A stretch of 61,197 nt of DNA, the filler included, from Sandaracinaceae bacterium (lineage in GTDB: Bacteria > Myxococcota_A > Polyangia > Polyangiales > JADJQN01): assembly GCA_947483975.1 (NCBI GenBank). It is 4 parts of 4 records of this genome, joined end to end, with 100 filler letters (N's around TTAATTAATTAA, not from the genome) between each part and the next. Parts side by side here need not be neighbours in the genome. Positions count along the whole stretch, not along the records: positions 30,747 to 45,950 come from CANKOL010000096.1; positions 46,051 to 61,197 come from CANKOL010000097.1; 2 more parts are not named here. One strand, written 5' to 3'. The notes under the pieces are model-generated. The model worked only from the letters and a program-made list of their open reading frames with translations. It had not been told where the DNA came from and did not search any database. Numbering within the stretch: the first letter of the stretch is position 1; the number at the start of each line of letters is the position of its first letter. This document shows, piece by piece, positions 41,012-50,941 of the stretch. Made by a program: the position numbers and the translations under genes.

Positions 41012-41926
41012 ATGGCCAGCGCAGTGACCCAGAAGCAGTACCGGACAGCGCTCGGCAGCCTGACCTTCGCCCTCGTCCTCCTCGGGCTCCCCGCGCTCTC
41101 GGCGGCGCAGACCTTCGACGCCGCGGACACGACCGAGTCCGCGCGGGGCCTCGCGATGGGCACCGGGGTGCGCTCGTCGGCCGCCGGGACCTCGGCGCTC
41201 GCCTACAACGCCGCGAACCTGTCGCTCGCGCACATCTATCACATCGAGAGCGGCGTCGCGTACGACCCGGGCGCCGGCCGCTTCGGGCTGATCGCCGGCA
41301 TCGTCGACTCGACGACGGACTCCGTCGCCGCGGGCCTCTCCTTCCGCACGCTCGTCGGCGGCGGGACGGGCGGGTACGGCGGCTACGACGGCCGCGTCTC
41401 GCTCGGCATGGCGCTCGGCGAGGCGCTGTCGATCGGCCTCAGCGGCCGCTACGTCGACTTCACCCGCAGCGGGCAGCTGCCGAGCGGCGTCAGCAGCGAC
41501 CGCGTCGCCCGAGGCTTCACGCTCGACGCGTCCCTCCGCGTCTCGCCCGCGCCGGGCTTTCACCTCTCGGCCCTCGGCCTCAACCTGATCGACCTCGAGT
41601 CGGGTGTCGCCCCCGTGCAGGCTGGTGGCAGCGCGTCCTACACCGCCGGCGGCGTCTTCACGATCGGCGGCGACGTCCTCGTCAACCTCTCGCGCGGGAT
41701 CGACGGCGCGCCGCTCCTCGTCGGCGGCGGCCTCGAGTGGCTCACCGGCGGGCGCGTGCCGCTGCGCGCGGGCTACGTCTACGACGAGCTGCGCGCGACG
41801 CATGTCTTCACGGCGGGGCTCGGCTACGTCGATCAGAGCGTCGGCGTCGACCTCGCGCTCCGACAGGATATCGCTGGTCAGAACGACACGCTGATGATGG
41901 CGTCGTTCCGCTACTTCGTGCGTTGA
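41012..41926 (+). CDS. Putative outer-membrane beta-barrel protein
   Basis: GGAGG RBS, signal peptide, ARGLAMG..NAANL N-terminal motif, alternating beta-strand pattern, C-terminal YF. Confidence 0.7.
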   Translation: MASAVTQKQYRTALGSLTFALVLLGLPALSAAQTFDAADTTESARGLAMGTGVRSSAAGTSALAYNAANLSLAHIYHIESGVAYDPGAGRFGLIAGIVDSTTDSVAAGLSFRTLVGGGTGGYGGYDGRVSLGMALGEALSIGLSGRYVDFTRSGQLPSGVSSDRVARGFTLDASLRVSPAPGFHLSALGLNLIDLESGVAPVQAGGSASYTAGGVFTIGGDVLVNLSRGIDGAPLLVGGGLEWLTGGRVPLRAGYVYDELRATHVFTAGLGYVDQSVGVDLALRQDIAGQNDTLMMASFRYFVR

Positions 41927-42022
41927 GGTCGTCGCCTCCGACGCTTCGCATCGCGCGCTCTCCGGCACCGCGGAGCGAGCCAAGGTTTCTCGTCGCCAGC
42001 GTGTTACTGTCGCGCGTGAGCC

Positions 42023-42050
42023 GGAACCGAAGCCCTCGTGCGTTGTCACG
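42023..42050 (+). promoter_or_regulatory. Putative autoregulatory ECF sigma promoter
   Basis: GGAACC-N16-GTCACG directly upstream of the ECF sigma gene. Confidence 0.6.
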
Positions 42051-42124
42051 AGGGAATGCAAGCCGCGGCCGGCATCGATCGATCGGTCGAGCGAGCCGCC
42101 GCTGCGGCAGGCTTTCACGTCCCG

Positions 42125-42727
42125 ATGCCTGACGGGTACGAAGACAAGCTGATCGAGCGACTGCAGCGCCGCGACGAAGCGGCGTTCAACGAGCTCGTGC
42201 GCCTGTACCAGGCGAAGGTCTTTCACCTCGTCTTCCGCATGCTCGGCGACCGCGCTGAAGCCGAAGACCTGGCGCAAGAGGTCTTCATCACCGTCTTCAA
42301 GTCGATCGACGGCTTCCGGGGCGACTCGAAGCTCTCGACCTGGCTCTATCGGGTCGCGACCAACCACTGCAAGAACCGCCTGAAGTACCTCGGGCGCCGC
42401 GCGCGCGGGCAGAAGCAAGCGTTCGACGAGCTCTCCGAGCGCGACGCCGTCGAGAGCGCGACGATGCAGACGAGCGCGCTGATCCCACGCCCCGACGAGG
42501 CGGTCGAGGGCAAGCAGATCGAGCACATCGTGCAGCGCGCGCTCGCGACGCTCGACGAGGAGCACCGAGAGCTGATCGTGCTCCGAGACCTCGAGAACCT
42601 CAGCTACGAGGACATCCAGCGCATCACGGGGCTGCCCGAGGGGACCGTGAAGAGCCGCCTCCATCGCGCGCGCCTCGCGCTCAAGGCGGCGGTAGAAGCG
42701 CTCAGCGGAGAGAAGAAGCCCACATGA
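42125..42727 (+). CDS. ECF RNA polymerase sigma factor (RpoE-like)
   Basis: AEDLAQEVF, STWLYRVATN, LSYEDI, GTVKSRLHRAR; alternative start 42056. Confidence 0.93.
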   Translation: MPDGYEDKLIERLQRRDEAAFNELVRLYQAKVFHLVFRMLGDRAEAEDLAQEVFITVFKSIDGFRGDSKLSTWLYRVATNHCKNRLKYLGRRARGQKQAFDELSERDAVESATMQTSALIPRPDEAVEGKQIEHIVQRALATLDEEHRELIVLRDLENLSYEDIQRITGLPEGTVKSRLHRARLALKAAVEALSGEKKPT

Positions 42728-43146
42728 CCCGCGATGAAGCGCGAGAGAATTTCAGCGCAGCGTTCGATGGCGAGCTAGGCGACGCGCGCGCGGACTTCGA
42801 CGCGCTCCTCCGCGAGGACGCGGAGCTTCGCGAGGAGTACGAGGAGTTCGCGCAGCTGCTCCGCGAGACGCAGTCGCTCGCGCTCGACGAGGACCGACCC
42901 GAGGCGGACGGCGCGCCGACCCCGGACCTGCTCGCCGGCGTGCAGAAGAAGCTGCGCGTGCGCTCGGGCGGGCGCTTCTACCGCGACCGCTTCAGCGAGG
43001 GCGCGGCGCGCGGGCTCTCGGTGCCGATGTTGCTCGCGGCGGTGATGCTGCTCGTGCTCGTCGGGCTCTTCGTCGCGCTCAACTGGACGACCGTGATCGA
43101 CGCGCCCTCCGCGCCCCGCTCGCAGCCTGCTCCCGCCGCCCACTGA
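42724..43146 (+). CDS. Putative membrane-anchored anti-sigma factor
   Basis: ATGA overlap with the sigma gene; SAAFDGEL anti-sigma-like N-terminus; single TM helix. Confidence 0.7.
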   Translation: MTRDEARENFSAAFDGELGDARADFDALLREDAELREEYEEFAQLLRETQSLALDEDRPEADGAPTPDLLAGVQKKLRVRSGGRFYRDRFSEGAARGLSVPMLLAAVMLLVLVGLFVALNWTTVIDAPSAPRSQPAPAAH

Positions 43147-44137
43147 GCGCGCGCCACGAGCCGGGCGCCTCGCCCGTCCAGCGTTTGAACGCCCGGGTGA
43201 ACGTGCTCTGGTCGGCGAAGCCTACGAGCCACGCGATCTCCGCGAGGCCGAGCTCCGCGTCGCGAAGATAGGCGCGCGTGAGCGCGTGCCGTGCGTCGTC
43301 GAGCACCGTGGCGAAGGTCGCCCCTTCCTCGCTCAGGCGCCGCTGCAGCGTGCGCTCGGCGAGGGCGAGGCGCTTCGCCGCGGACGCGATCGTCGGCGCA
43401 CGCTGCGCGCGCAGCTCCTCGAGCAGCGTCGCGTGCACACGCTCGCGCAGGCCGTGGTGCTTGGGGAGCTCCTCGCGCAGTCGCGTCGCGTGCGCCTCGA
43501 GGATCGACAGCAGCGCCGGATCGGCCGCGCGGATCGGCGTCGCGCAGACGCTCGCGGAGAAGCGGAGCCGCGGATTTGGCGCGTCGAAGAGGAGCGGCGC
43601 GGCGAAGAGCCGCTGGTGCTCGCTCGGGTCGCGCGGCGCCTCGTAGGCGAGCTCGACGGACTCGAGCGGGAACGCGCCTGCGATCGCGCGCATACGGGTG
43701 ACGATCGCGGCGAGCGTGAAGTCCTGCGCCGGCGGGGGCAGGGGCGCGCCGCTCGCGGAGCGCATCGTGAGCAGCGTGCCCGCAGAGGTGTGCGTGAGCT
43801 CGAGGACGCCTCGCGCGTCGATCAGATCGAAGTACGAGGCGAGCCGAGAGAGCGCGTCGCCGAGGGTCGCGCTGTGCGCGCCGAGGTAGTCGATGACCTT
43901 GTAGGCGCCGAACGGGAGCGCCTCCGCGGCGTGCAGCGCGAGGAGCGGATCGGAGCTCCGCGCGGCCGCGGCTCGCCAGAGGGCGTCGGCCTTCGCGAAG
44001 GGGATGCGCGCGTCGGGGTCGAGCACCTCTTCGCGGGTCAACGCCGCGGCGCGGAGCAGCGCCTCCGCCTCGAGGCCGAGTCGCTCACACGCGGTCAGGA
44101 CGGCGCGCGTGGCGACGGAGAGGACGGTTCCGGCCAT
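43079..44137 (-). CDS. AraC-family transcriptional regulator
   Basis: ERTLQRRL, EIAWLVGFADQSTFTRAFKRWTG; N-terminal DPDARIP ligand-binding domain. Confidence 0.92.
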   Translation of the reverse strand: MAGTVLSVATRAVLTACERLGLEAEALLRAAALTREEVLDPDARIPFAKADALWRAAAARSSDPLLALHAAEALPFGAYKVIDYLGAHSATLGDALSRLASYFDLIDARGVLELTHTSAGTLLTMRSASGAPLPPPAQDFTLAAIVTRMRAIAGAFPLESVELAYEAPRDPSEHQRLFAAPLLFDAPNPRLRFSASVCATPIRAADPALLSILEAHATRLREELPKHHGLRERVHATLLEELRAQRAPTIASAAKRLALAERTLQRRLSEEGATFATVLDDARHALTRAYLRDAELGLAEIAWLVGFADQSTFTRAFKRWTGEAPGSWRALSGRREQAASGARRARRSRSSS

Positions 44138-45585
44138 CGCCGGCGAGCGTACCAAACTCGCGCGCGGTTCGACGCGAGCCAGCCGAGCAGCCCCGCGAGG
44201 TAGAGCGCGCACGCCACGATGAACGAGTCGCCGATCTGCTCGTAGACCGTGCCGACGCCGTGCACGGGGACGTCCGCGAGCAGCGTGCTCGAGCCGCGCT
44301 CGTCGTCGCTGTGGGAGGCGAGCGTGCGGCCCCAGGGATCGATGACGATCGACCGCCCCATGCGCGTCGCACGCACGACGGAGTGCCCACCCTCGATCGC
44401 CCGCAACAGGGCCATCTGCGCGTGGATCGGGTCGATGCCTCGCCAGTCGGACGCAGGCAGCGCGACGACGTCGACGCCGAGCCGCGCTTGCTCGAGCCCG
44501 AGCCGCGGGAAGTCGTAGTCGTAGCAAATCGCGCCCGAGACGCGCCCGAGCGCCCCGTCCACCGCGACGGGCATCGGGCCGCGCCCCATGACCGAGGGCT
44601 CGCCCGGGACCGGATGGTGCTTCTCGTAGGTGTGCTCGACGCGCCCGCTCGGCGCGATCATCACGTACTTGTTCCGGTAGAGCAGCGGCGCGCGCCTCAG
44701 CGGCACGACGTACGCGGCGACGAGACGGACGCGCTGCGCGCCTGCGAGCGCGCTCGCGCGTGCGAGAAATGCGCGCTCGTCGCCGGGCTCGACCAGCGTC
44801 GCGGCCTCGGGCCAGACGACCATGCGCGCGCCCGCCCGCGCGGCGTCGATGGTGCGCGCGAAGAGCGCCGCGTCGATGGCGTCGAGCGCGCGCCGGTCCG
44901 GCAGAGGGAGCCCGCCGAAGCGCGCGTCCGTGTCGATCGTCGCGACGCGCGCCACCGTCCCGGCCGAGTCGCTCGCGAGCGCGAGGCGAAGCTGGCCCAT
45001 GCACACGACCCCGAGCACGACCGTCGCGGCGGCGAGCGCGTGCCGCCACCGACCGCGGTCCGCGAGGCACGCCTCGAGCGCCCCGGCGAACGCGTACATC
45101 AAGAAGCTCACGCCGTGCAGCCCCGTCACGGACGCTAGCTGCAGCAGCGCGACCTGATCGAGCTGGGTGTTCGCCGCGCTGCCCCAGGTGCCGTACGGCA
45201 GCGCGGCGTGCAGCGCGTACTCCGCGAGCGCCATCGAGGCGGCGAACGCGAGCGTCGCGCGGCCAGCGCCCACGCGCGCTCGAAGCCACGCCCAGCCCAC
45301 GTACGGCGCGCTCAGCACCACGCCGATCGGCAGCCCGAACGCCAGCGCGAGCCCGAGCGGCATCGGCGCCGTCAGGATCTTCGCCGTCGCGAGGACCCAG
45401 GCGAGCACCGTCACCGCCAGGATGGCCGCATGGTCACGCTTGCGCGTCGCGCTCCGCAGAGCGTGCAAGAGAGGCCCTGGCGCGACCCACGCGAGGGCGC
45501 CGAGACCCAGCCGAAAGTGAGCGAGGACGAGCAGCGTCGCGCCGCCGAGGAGCCACAGCCAGCGTCGAGTCGAGACGGTGTTCAT
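44095..45585 (-). CDS. Membrane carbon-nitrogen hydrolase (apolipoprotein N-acyltransferase-like)
   Basis: Multiple TM helices; catalytic triad motifs VWPEA, YEKHHPVP, AICYD; RAIEGG. Confidence 0.85.
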   Translation of the reverse strand: MNTVSTRRWLWLLGGATLLVLAHFRLGLGALAWVAPGPLLHALRSATRKRDHAAILAVTVLAWVLATAKILTAPMPLGLALAFGLPIGVVLSAPYVGWAWLRARVGAGRATLAFAASMALAEYALHAALPYGTWGSAANTQLDQVALLQLASVTGLHGVSFLMYAFAGALEACLADRGRWRHALAAATVVLGVVCMGQLRLALASDSAGTVARVATIDTDARFGGLPLPDRRALDAIDAALFARTIDAARAGARMVVWPEAATLVEPGDERAFLARASALAGAQRVRLVAAYVVPLRRAPLLYRNKYVMIAPSGRVEHTYEKHHPVPGEPSVMGRGPMPVAVDGALGRVSGAICYDYDFPRLGLEQARLGVDVVALPASDWRGIDPIHAQMALLRAIEGGHSVVRATRMGRSIVIDPWGRTLASHSDDERGSSTLLADVPVHGVGTVYEQIGDSFIVACALYLAGLLGWLASNRARVWYARRRWPEPSSPSPRAPS

Positions 45586-45656
45586 GCCGCGAGCCTGCGA
45601 CCGCGCGGTCGTGCGCTCTTGGCACACGGCGCCAAGGCTTGTGCACCACGCGCCGA

Positions 45657-45950
45657 CTACCTCGGCTTGGGCGCCTCCAGCGGCTTGGCCGCCTCAAGCG
45701 GCTTGGCTGGCTCAAGCGGCTTGGCTGGCTCGGGCGCGCCCTCCGCGACGCTCGGCGCAGCGTCGAACAGGTCCTCGGGCACGCCAGGCCCGAAGTGCAC
45801 CCCTTGCCGGTCGCCGTGCAGGCTCTCGTGCGGCATCAGCACGGACCAAGTCTGACCACGGAAGCGCTCGACCAAGCGCGGCGCGAGCAGCCGCGCGACG
45901 TGATGGTGCGGCCTCGCGTAGGCGACCCAGTGCTCGCCGTGCGTGCGCGA
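45657..45950 (-). CDS. DUF4130-like protein C-terminal fragment, 5'-partial
   Basis: Frame open to contig end: GEHWVAYARPHHHVARLLAPRLVERFRGQTWSVLMPHESLHGD...FGPG; ends in PAKPLE repeats. Confidence 0.5.
   Translation of the reverse strand, partial: SRTHGEHWVAYARPHHHVARLLAPRLVERFRGQTWSVLMPHESLHGDRQGVHFGPGVPEDLFDAAPSVAEGAPEPAKPLEPAKPLEAAKPLEAPKPR
45663..45733. repeat. 18-bp tandem repeat (3-4 copies) encoding (P/A)AKPLE
   Basis: Repeated GGCTTGGC...CTC(A/C)AGC units. Confidence 0.8.
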
Positions 45951-46050
45951 NNNNNNNNNNNNNNNNNNNNNNNNNNNNNNNNNNNNNNNNNNNNTTAATT
46001 AATTAANNNNNNNNNNNNNNNNNNNNNNNNNNNNNNNNNNNNNNNNNNNN
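45951..46050. other. Artificial contig linker
   Basis: N44-TTAATTAATTAA-N44. Confidence 0.98.
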
Positions 46051-46051
46051 C

Positions 46052-47839
46052 GATGGACACATCGACGTGCGCGCGTACCCGAACCCGCGCGGCGTGCCGA
46101 CGCTCGACCTCTACACCGAGGCGATCTCGACGCACCTCGATGGCTTCGGGACGAACGGCGCGGCGTACTTCCGCTTCAGCCGGGCGGTCGATCCGCGCAC
46201 GCTCCCGAGCGACCCGCGCGCGTCGGTCGAGGCGGACGCCTCGGCGTTCCTGATCGACGTCGACCCGGAGAGCCCCGAGCGCGGCGCGCGGCAGCCGTCG
46301 GTCGCGCACTATCACGAGGACGCGACGATCTATTGGCGCGCTCATCAGCTCGCGGTGCGCCCCGTCTACGGCCATCCGCTCGCGAGCGGGCGCCTCTACG
46401 CGGCGGTCGTCACGACGTCCGTGCGCGCGGTCGGGACGACGTTCACGCGCGACGCGGATCTCGACGCGCTCCTCGGCACCGCGCTCCTCGGCACCGACGG
46501 TGACGCCGCGGTCGTCGCGGCGCGCCCGCTCTACGCGCCGGCGATCGCGACGCTCGCCGCGCAGGGCCTCCCGCAGGATCGGATCCTCTCGCTCGCCGTG
46601 TTTCGCACGCAGAACGCGACCCGCGAGCTGATCGCCGCGCGCGACTGGATGATGAGCGACTACCCCGCGCCGACGGCGCTCACCGACTCGTGGCGCCGCG
46701 TCGCGCTCCGCGACGAGTACGTCGCGCTCGAGGGACGCTATGGCCCGTCCCCGATCTTTCAGACGGGCGTGTCGCCGTATACCGACGCCGGCGGCGAGCT
46801 CGTCGTCACGGACGGTGTGCCGACGGTGACGTCGGAGTTCAACCCGCGCTTCATGCTGACGATCCCGGCGACGCCGATGCCCGCCGCGGGCTTCCCGGTG
46901 GTGCTCTACGCGCACGGCACGGGCGGCGACTACAGCTCGTTCGAGAGCGACGGCACGGCGCGCGAGCTTGCGTCGGTGGGCTACGCGGTGATGGGCATCG
47001 ATCAGGTGCTGCACGGCGAGCGCAACCCGACGACGAGCGCGCCAGATGGTTTGTTCTTCAACTTTCTCAACCCGCTCGCGGCGCGCGACAACAACCGCCA
47101 AGCGGTGCTCGACGTCGTGCAGCAGGCGCGCTTCGTCGCCAACGCGGCGGTGCCGGTCGCGCTCGTCGCGGCGAGCGGGCGCCCGGTGCGCCTCGACCCG
47201 ACGCGCATCTACGTCTTCGGGCACTCGCAGGGCGGGCTCAACATGCCGATCTTCCTCGCGATCGACGATCAGACGCGAGGCGGCGTGCTGAGCGGCGCGG
47301 CGGCGACGCTGCTGATCGCCATCGTCGAGAAGACGGAGCCCGTCGACATCCCGCAGCTCGTGCAATTTCTGCTGCGCGTCCCGAGCGGCGCCGACGCCGC
47401 GGCGCGCGAGGACCTCGGCTTCGAGCACCCGATCCTCACGCTCCTGCAGACGTGGGTCGAGAGCTCGGATGCGTCGAACTACGGCGACCTGATCTTCGCC
47501 GCGCCGCGCGCAGGCTTCGCGCCGAAGAGCGTGCTGCAGACGGAGGGGATGCTCGATCCGTACGCGACGCCGAACGGCATCGAGGCGCTCGCCGGGGCGC
47601 TTCAGGTGCCGCTGCTCGAGCCAGTGTCGCGCCCCGTGCTCGCGATCGAGCTGAACGGCTACACGCCGCAGACGCCGCCCGTCGAGGGCAACGTCGCGGG
47701 CGGGCGCGCGACCGCCGGGCTGCTGCAGTTCCCCGCGGATGGGCACTTCGCGGTGTTCGAGAACGCCACGGCGAAGGCGCAGATCCGCGGCTTCTTCTCG
47801 TCGTTCGACGACGGAATCCCGAGCATCCCGGCGCCCTAG
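46052..47839 (+). CDS. Alpha/beta hydrolase (lipase-like) with N-terminal Ig-like region, 5'-partial
   Basis: YAHGTGG, LHGER, nucleophile GHSQGG, C-terminal GHF. Confidence 0.8.
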   Translation, partial: DGHIDVRAYPNPRGVPTLDLYTEAISTHLDGFGTNGAAYFRFSRAVDPRTLPSDPRASVEADASAFLIDVDPESPERGARQPSVAHYHEDATIYWRAHQLAVRPVYGHPLASGRLYAAVVTTSVRAVGTTFTRDADLDALLGTALLGTDGDAAVVAARPLYAPAIATLAAQGLPQDRILSLAVFRTQNATRELIAARDWMMSDYPAPTALTDSWRRVALRDEYVALEGRYGPSPIFQTGVSPYTDAGGELVVTDGVPTVTSEFNPRFMLTIPATPMPAAGFPVVLYAHGTGGDYSSFESDGTARELASVGYAVMGIDQVLHGERNPTTSAPDGLFFNFLNPLAARDNNRQAVLDVVQQARFVANAAVPVALVAASGRPVRLDPTRIYVFGHSQGGLNMPIFLAIDDQTRGGVLSGAAATLLIAIVEKTEPVDIPQLVQFLLRVPSGADAAAREDLGFEHPILTLLQTWVESSDASNYGDLIFAAPRAGFAPKSVLQTEGMLDPYATPNGIEALAGALQVPLLEPVSRPVLAIELNGYTPQTPPVEGNVAGGRATAGLLQFPADGHFAVFENATAKAQIRGFFSSFDDGIPSIPAP

Positions 47840-47852
47840 GCTGCGTCGCGAC

Positions 47853-48896
47853 TCACGGCGCGAGCCACTGCGCGAGCTCGCCGACGAGGAACTTCGGCGC
47901 CGCGCGGAGCGCCGCGAGATCCTTCGCGCCGACGAGCACCATCACCGCGCGCAGCGTCTGCTCGACGCCGTCGAGGTACTGCTCGGCGCCCTCGGGGCCG
48001 CCCGCCATCAGCGCCTGCAGACACGGCCGCGCGAAGCCGCCCGCCGACGCGCCGAGCGCCAGCGCCTTCGCGAGATCGAGCCCCGTCTTGAGCCCGCCCG
48101 TCGCGATCACGCGGTGCCCCTCGCGCGCGACGAGCCCGACGGACGCGGCCGTCGGGATACCCCAGTCCCAGAGCGCCTCGCCGACCGCCTTCGCGGCCCC
48201 GCCCGCCCGCAGCGTCTCGACGCCGACCCACGAGGTGCCGCCCGCGCCGCTGACGTCCACGTGCCGCACGCCGCGCGCGTGGAGCAGCCGCGCGAGCTCC
48301 GCGCTGACCCCGTTGCCCGTCTCCTTCGCGATGACGGGCACGGGGAGCTCCCGCACGAGCCGCGCGAAGGTGTCGAGGCACCCGCGGAAGTCCCGGTCCC
48401 CGCCCGGCTGCACGAGCTCCTGCGCGGGGTTCATGTGCAGGCAGAGCGCGTCTGCGCCGATGTCGGCGAGCATCTGCGCGAGCTGCGCGCTCGACCAGTC
48501 GCGGGCCTGCACGACGCCGACGTTGCCGAAGACGAGCGCCGTCGGCGCGACCTCGCGGAGCTGGTACGTCCACGCGGTGTCCGGTGAGCGCACCATCGCG
48601 CGCTGGCTCCCGAGCCCGATGCCATAGCCGCGCGCCTCGGCGATCGCCGCGAGCTGCCGGTTGAGCTGCGCGGCGCGCTCGGTGCCGCCGGTCATCGAGG
48701 CGATGATGATGGGCGCGCGCAGGCGCTTACCGAGCAGGTCCAGCGAGGTGTCGACCTCGTCGGCGTGCAGCTCCGGCAGTGACTGATGGACGAGCCGCAC
48801 GCCCTCGAAGAGCGTGGTGCGCTCGCGGAAGGCGACGGCGTCCGTGGCGCAGAGGTCGAGGTGGTCTTCCTTGCGCCGCTGGAGGTCGGTGCTCAT
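47853..48896 (-). CDS. fni: Type 2 isopentenyl-diphosphate delta-isomerase
   Basis: RKEDHL, SMTGG, GSQR, HMNPAQE, KETGNG, GAGGTSW. Confidence 0.95.
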   Translation of the reverse strand: MSTDLQRRKEDHLDLCATDAVAFRERTTLFEGVRLVHQSLPELHADEVDTSLDLLGKRLRAPIIIASMTGGTERAAQLNRQLAAIAEARGYGIGLGSQRAMVRSPDTAWTYQLREVAPTALVFGNVGVVQARDWSSAQLAQMLADIGADALCLHMNPAQELVQPGGDRDFRGCLDTFARLVRELPVPVIAKETGNGVSAELARLLHARGVRHVDVSGAGGTSWVGVETLRAGGAAKAVGEALWDWGIPTAASVGLVAREGHRVIATGGLKTGLDLAKALALGASAGGFARPCLQALMAGGPEGAEQYLDGVEQTLRAVMVLVGAKDLAALRAAPKFLVGELAQWLAP

Positions 48897-48966
48897 GATT
48901 GCGGCCGATCTGTAGGTCCGCGCAGCCGTCGCGGCAAACGGCACGACCAACGAAGCCAAAGGGAGC

Positions 48967-50004
48967 GTGGCGCGCATGGACTGGATGGCGGAGGTGCGGC
49001 AGCGCGTCGACGCGCGCCTCGGGAGCTTTCTCGCGGAGAAGCGCGCGCGCGCAGCGGGGCTGAGCGGAGAGTCGGCGGAGTTCGTGGACGCCATCACCGC
49101 GCTGACGATGCGCGGCGGAAAGCGCCTCCGCCCGGCGGTGCTCTTCGCGGCGTTCTGCGCGGTGCGCTCGGACGCGGACGACGACGACGTCGCCCCGACG
49201 GTGGACGCGTCGGCGGCGCTCGAGCTGCTGCAGAGCTACCTGCTGATCCACGACGACTGGATGGACGGCGACGCCGAGCGACGCGGCGGTCCCGCCGTGC
49301 ACGCCGCCCTCGCCGCGCGCTACGGCGACGCGCACCTCGGCGCCGCGCTCGCCGTGCTCGCCGGGGACCTCGCCTCCGCGTACGCGCTCGAATTGCTCTG
49401 CGCGGCGCGCTTCCCCGACGGGCGCCTGCCCGAGGCGCTCCGCGCGTTTCACGTCATGCACGAGGAGGTCGTCCTCGGGCAGCACCTCGATCTGACGGCC
49501 GCGGGCGACGTATCAATAATGCAACAACTCAAGACGGGCAGCTACACCGTCCGGGGTCCGCTGACGCTGGGCGCGCTGCTCGGCGACGGCAGCGCCGCGC
49601 AGATATCACAATTGATGCGCTTTGGTGGGCCGGTGGGCGTCGCGTTTCAGCTGCGCGACGACCTGCTCGGCACGTTCGGCGACCCGAAGCTCACCGGCAA
49701 GCCGAGCGGGAACGATCTGCGCACCGGCAAGCGCACGGCGCTGACGGCGGCGGCCGAGCGGCTGCTCTCGACGGCCGCGCGAGCGCCGCTCGACGCGCTG
49801 CGCGGGCGAGCGGACGCGTCGGACGCGGAGGTCGAGGGCGTCAAGGCGCTGCTCCTCTCGTCGGGGGCGCGCGCCGAGGTCGAGCGCGCGCTGGGAGCGC
49901 ACGTCGCGGAGGCGCGGGCTGCCCTCGAGGGCGGCGAGTTCTCGAGGCGCGGGCAGGCGCGGCTGAGCGCGCTCCTCAGCCTGCTCACCGAGCGCGATCG
50001 CTGA
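48967..50004 (+). CDS. Polyprenyl (GGPP-type) synthase
   Basis: GGKRLRP, LIHDDWMD...RRG, KTGSYT, FQLRDDLLG. Confidence 0.92.
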   Translation: MARMDWMAEVRQRVDARLGSFLAEKRARAAGLSGESAEFVDAITALTMRGGKRLRPAVLFAAFCAVRSDADDDDVAPTVDASAALELLQSYLLIHDDWMDGDAERRGGPAVHAALAARYGDAHLGAALAVLAGDLASAYALELLCAARFPDGRLPEALRAFHVMHEEVVLGQHLDLTAAGDVSIMQQLKTGSYTVRGPLTLGALLGDGSAAQISQLMRFGGPVGVAFQLRDDLLGTFGDPKLTGKPSGNDLRTGKRTALTAAAERLLSTAARAPLDALRGRADASDAEVEGVKALLLSSGARAEVERALGAHVAEARAALEGGEFSRRGQARLSALLSLLTERDR

Positions 50005-50008
50005 CGCC

Positions 50009-50941
50009 ATGGTGCGCGCCTTCGGCAAAGTGATCCTGCTCGGCGAGCACGCGGTGGTCTACGGCTATCCCGCGATCGCGGCGGCGCTCGACCGGGGCGT
50101 GACGGCGCAAGGGCACGCCTCGCACGCGGCGGGCGCGGTCGACGAGCTCGTCATCGCGCCCTGGGGCGTGCGCACGGAGCCCGAGAGCGCGCCCGACGGC
50201 GGGCCTTCGCTCGGGCGCGCGTTCGCGGAGGTGCTCGCGACCTATCCGGGCGATCGCCCGCGCGTGCGCGTCGAGGCGGAGGTCGCGATCCCGGGCGGCG
50301 GCGGGCTCGGCTGCTCGGCGGCGCTCGGCGTCGCGGTCGTGCGCGCGATCGACGAGGCGCTCGGCGAGACGCACTCGCTCGACGAGGACATCGCGCGCTC
50401 GCTCCTCTGGGAGCGCGTGTTTCACGGCAGCCCATCGGGCGTCGACAACACGATGGCCGCGGCGGGCGGGCTCGCGCTCTTCACGAAGGGCGCGCCGCTC
50501 GAGCGCCTGCGCGCGCGGCGGACGCTCCGCCTCGTCGTCGGCGACACAGGCGAGGCGAGCGCGACGCGCGCGATGGTCGACAGCGTCGCGCGACAGCACA
50601 CGCAGGTCCCCGCGAAGACGGCGCGCACCTTCGAGGCGATCGACGCGCTCGTCCGCAACGGCAAGCTCGCCATCGAGGGCGGCGATCTGCGCGGGCTCGG
50701 GCAGCTGATGGAGCTGAACCAATTTTTGCTCGCGGGGCTGCTGCTCTCGACGCCGAAGCTCGAGGTCATGTGCGCCGCCGCGCGGGCGGCCGGCGCGCTC
50801 GGCGCGAAGCTGACCGGCGGGGGCGGAGGCGGCTGCATGATCGCGCTTTGCGCCGACGACGCAGCGGCAGAGCGCGTGCGCGAGGCGGTGGCGGCGGTCG
50901 GCCGAGACGCGTTCATCGTGCACGCCGGAGGCAACCCATGA
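50009..50941 (+). CDS. mvk: Mevalonate kinase
   Basis: GKVILLGEHAVVYG, GLGCSAA, HGSPSGVD, KLTGGGGGG. Confidence 0.93.
   Translation: MVRAFGKVILLGEHAVVYGYPAIAAALDRGVTAQGHASHAAGAVDELVIAPWGVRTEPESAPDGGPSLGRAFAEVLATYPGDRPRVRVEAEVAIPGGGGLGCSAALGVAVVRAIDEALGETHSLDEDIARSLLWERVFHGSPSGVDNTMAAAGGLALFTKGAPLERLRARRTLRLVVGDTGEASATRAMVDSVARQHTQVPAKTARTFEAIDALVRNGKLAIEGGDLRGLGQLMELNQFLLAGLLLSTPKLEVMCAAARAAGALGAKLTGGGGGGCMIALCADDAAAERVREAVAAVGRDAFIVHAGGNP

Noticed and set aside
43079..45289. 736-aa ORF suggesting a large AraC fusion
   Set aside because: The N-terminal half is Arg/Ala-rich off-frame sequence overlapping the Lnt-like gene; real start is about 44137
15317..46050. Thrice-repeated N44-TTAATTAATTAA-N44 element
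   Set aside because: Artificial all-frame-stop linker joining contigs of similar, apparently size-sorted length; not biological
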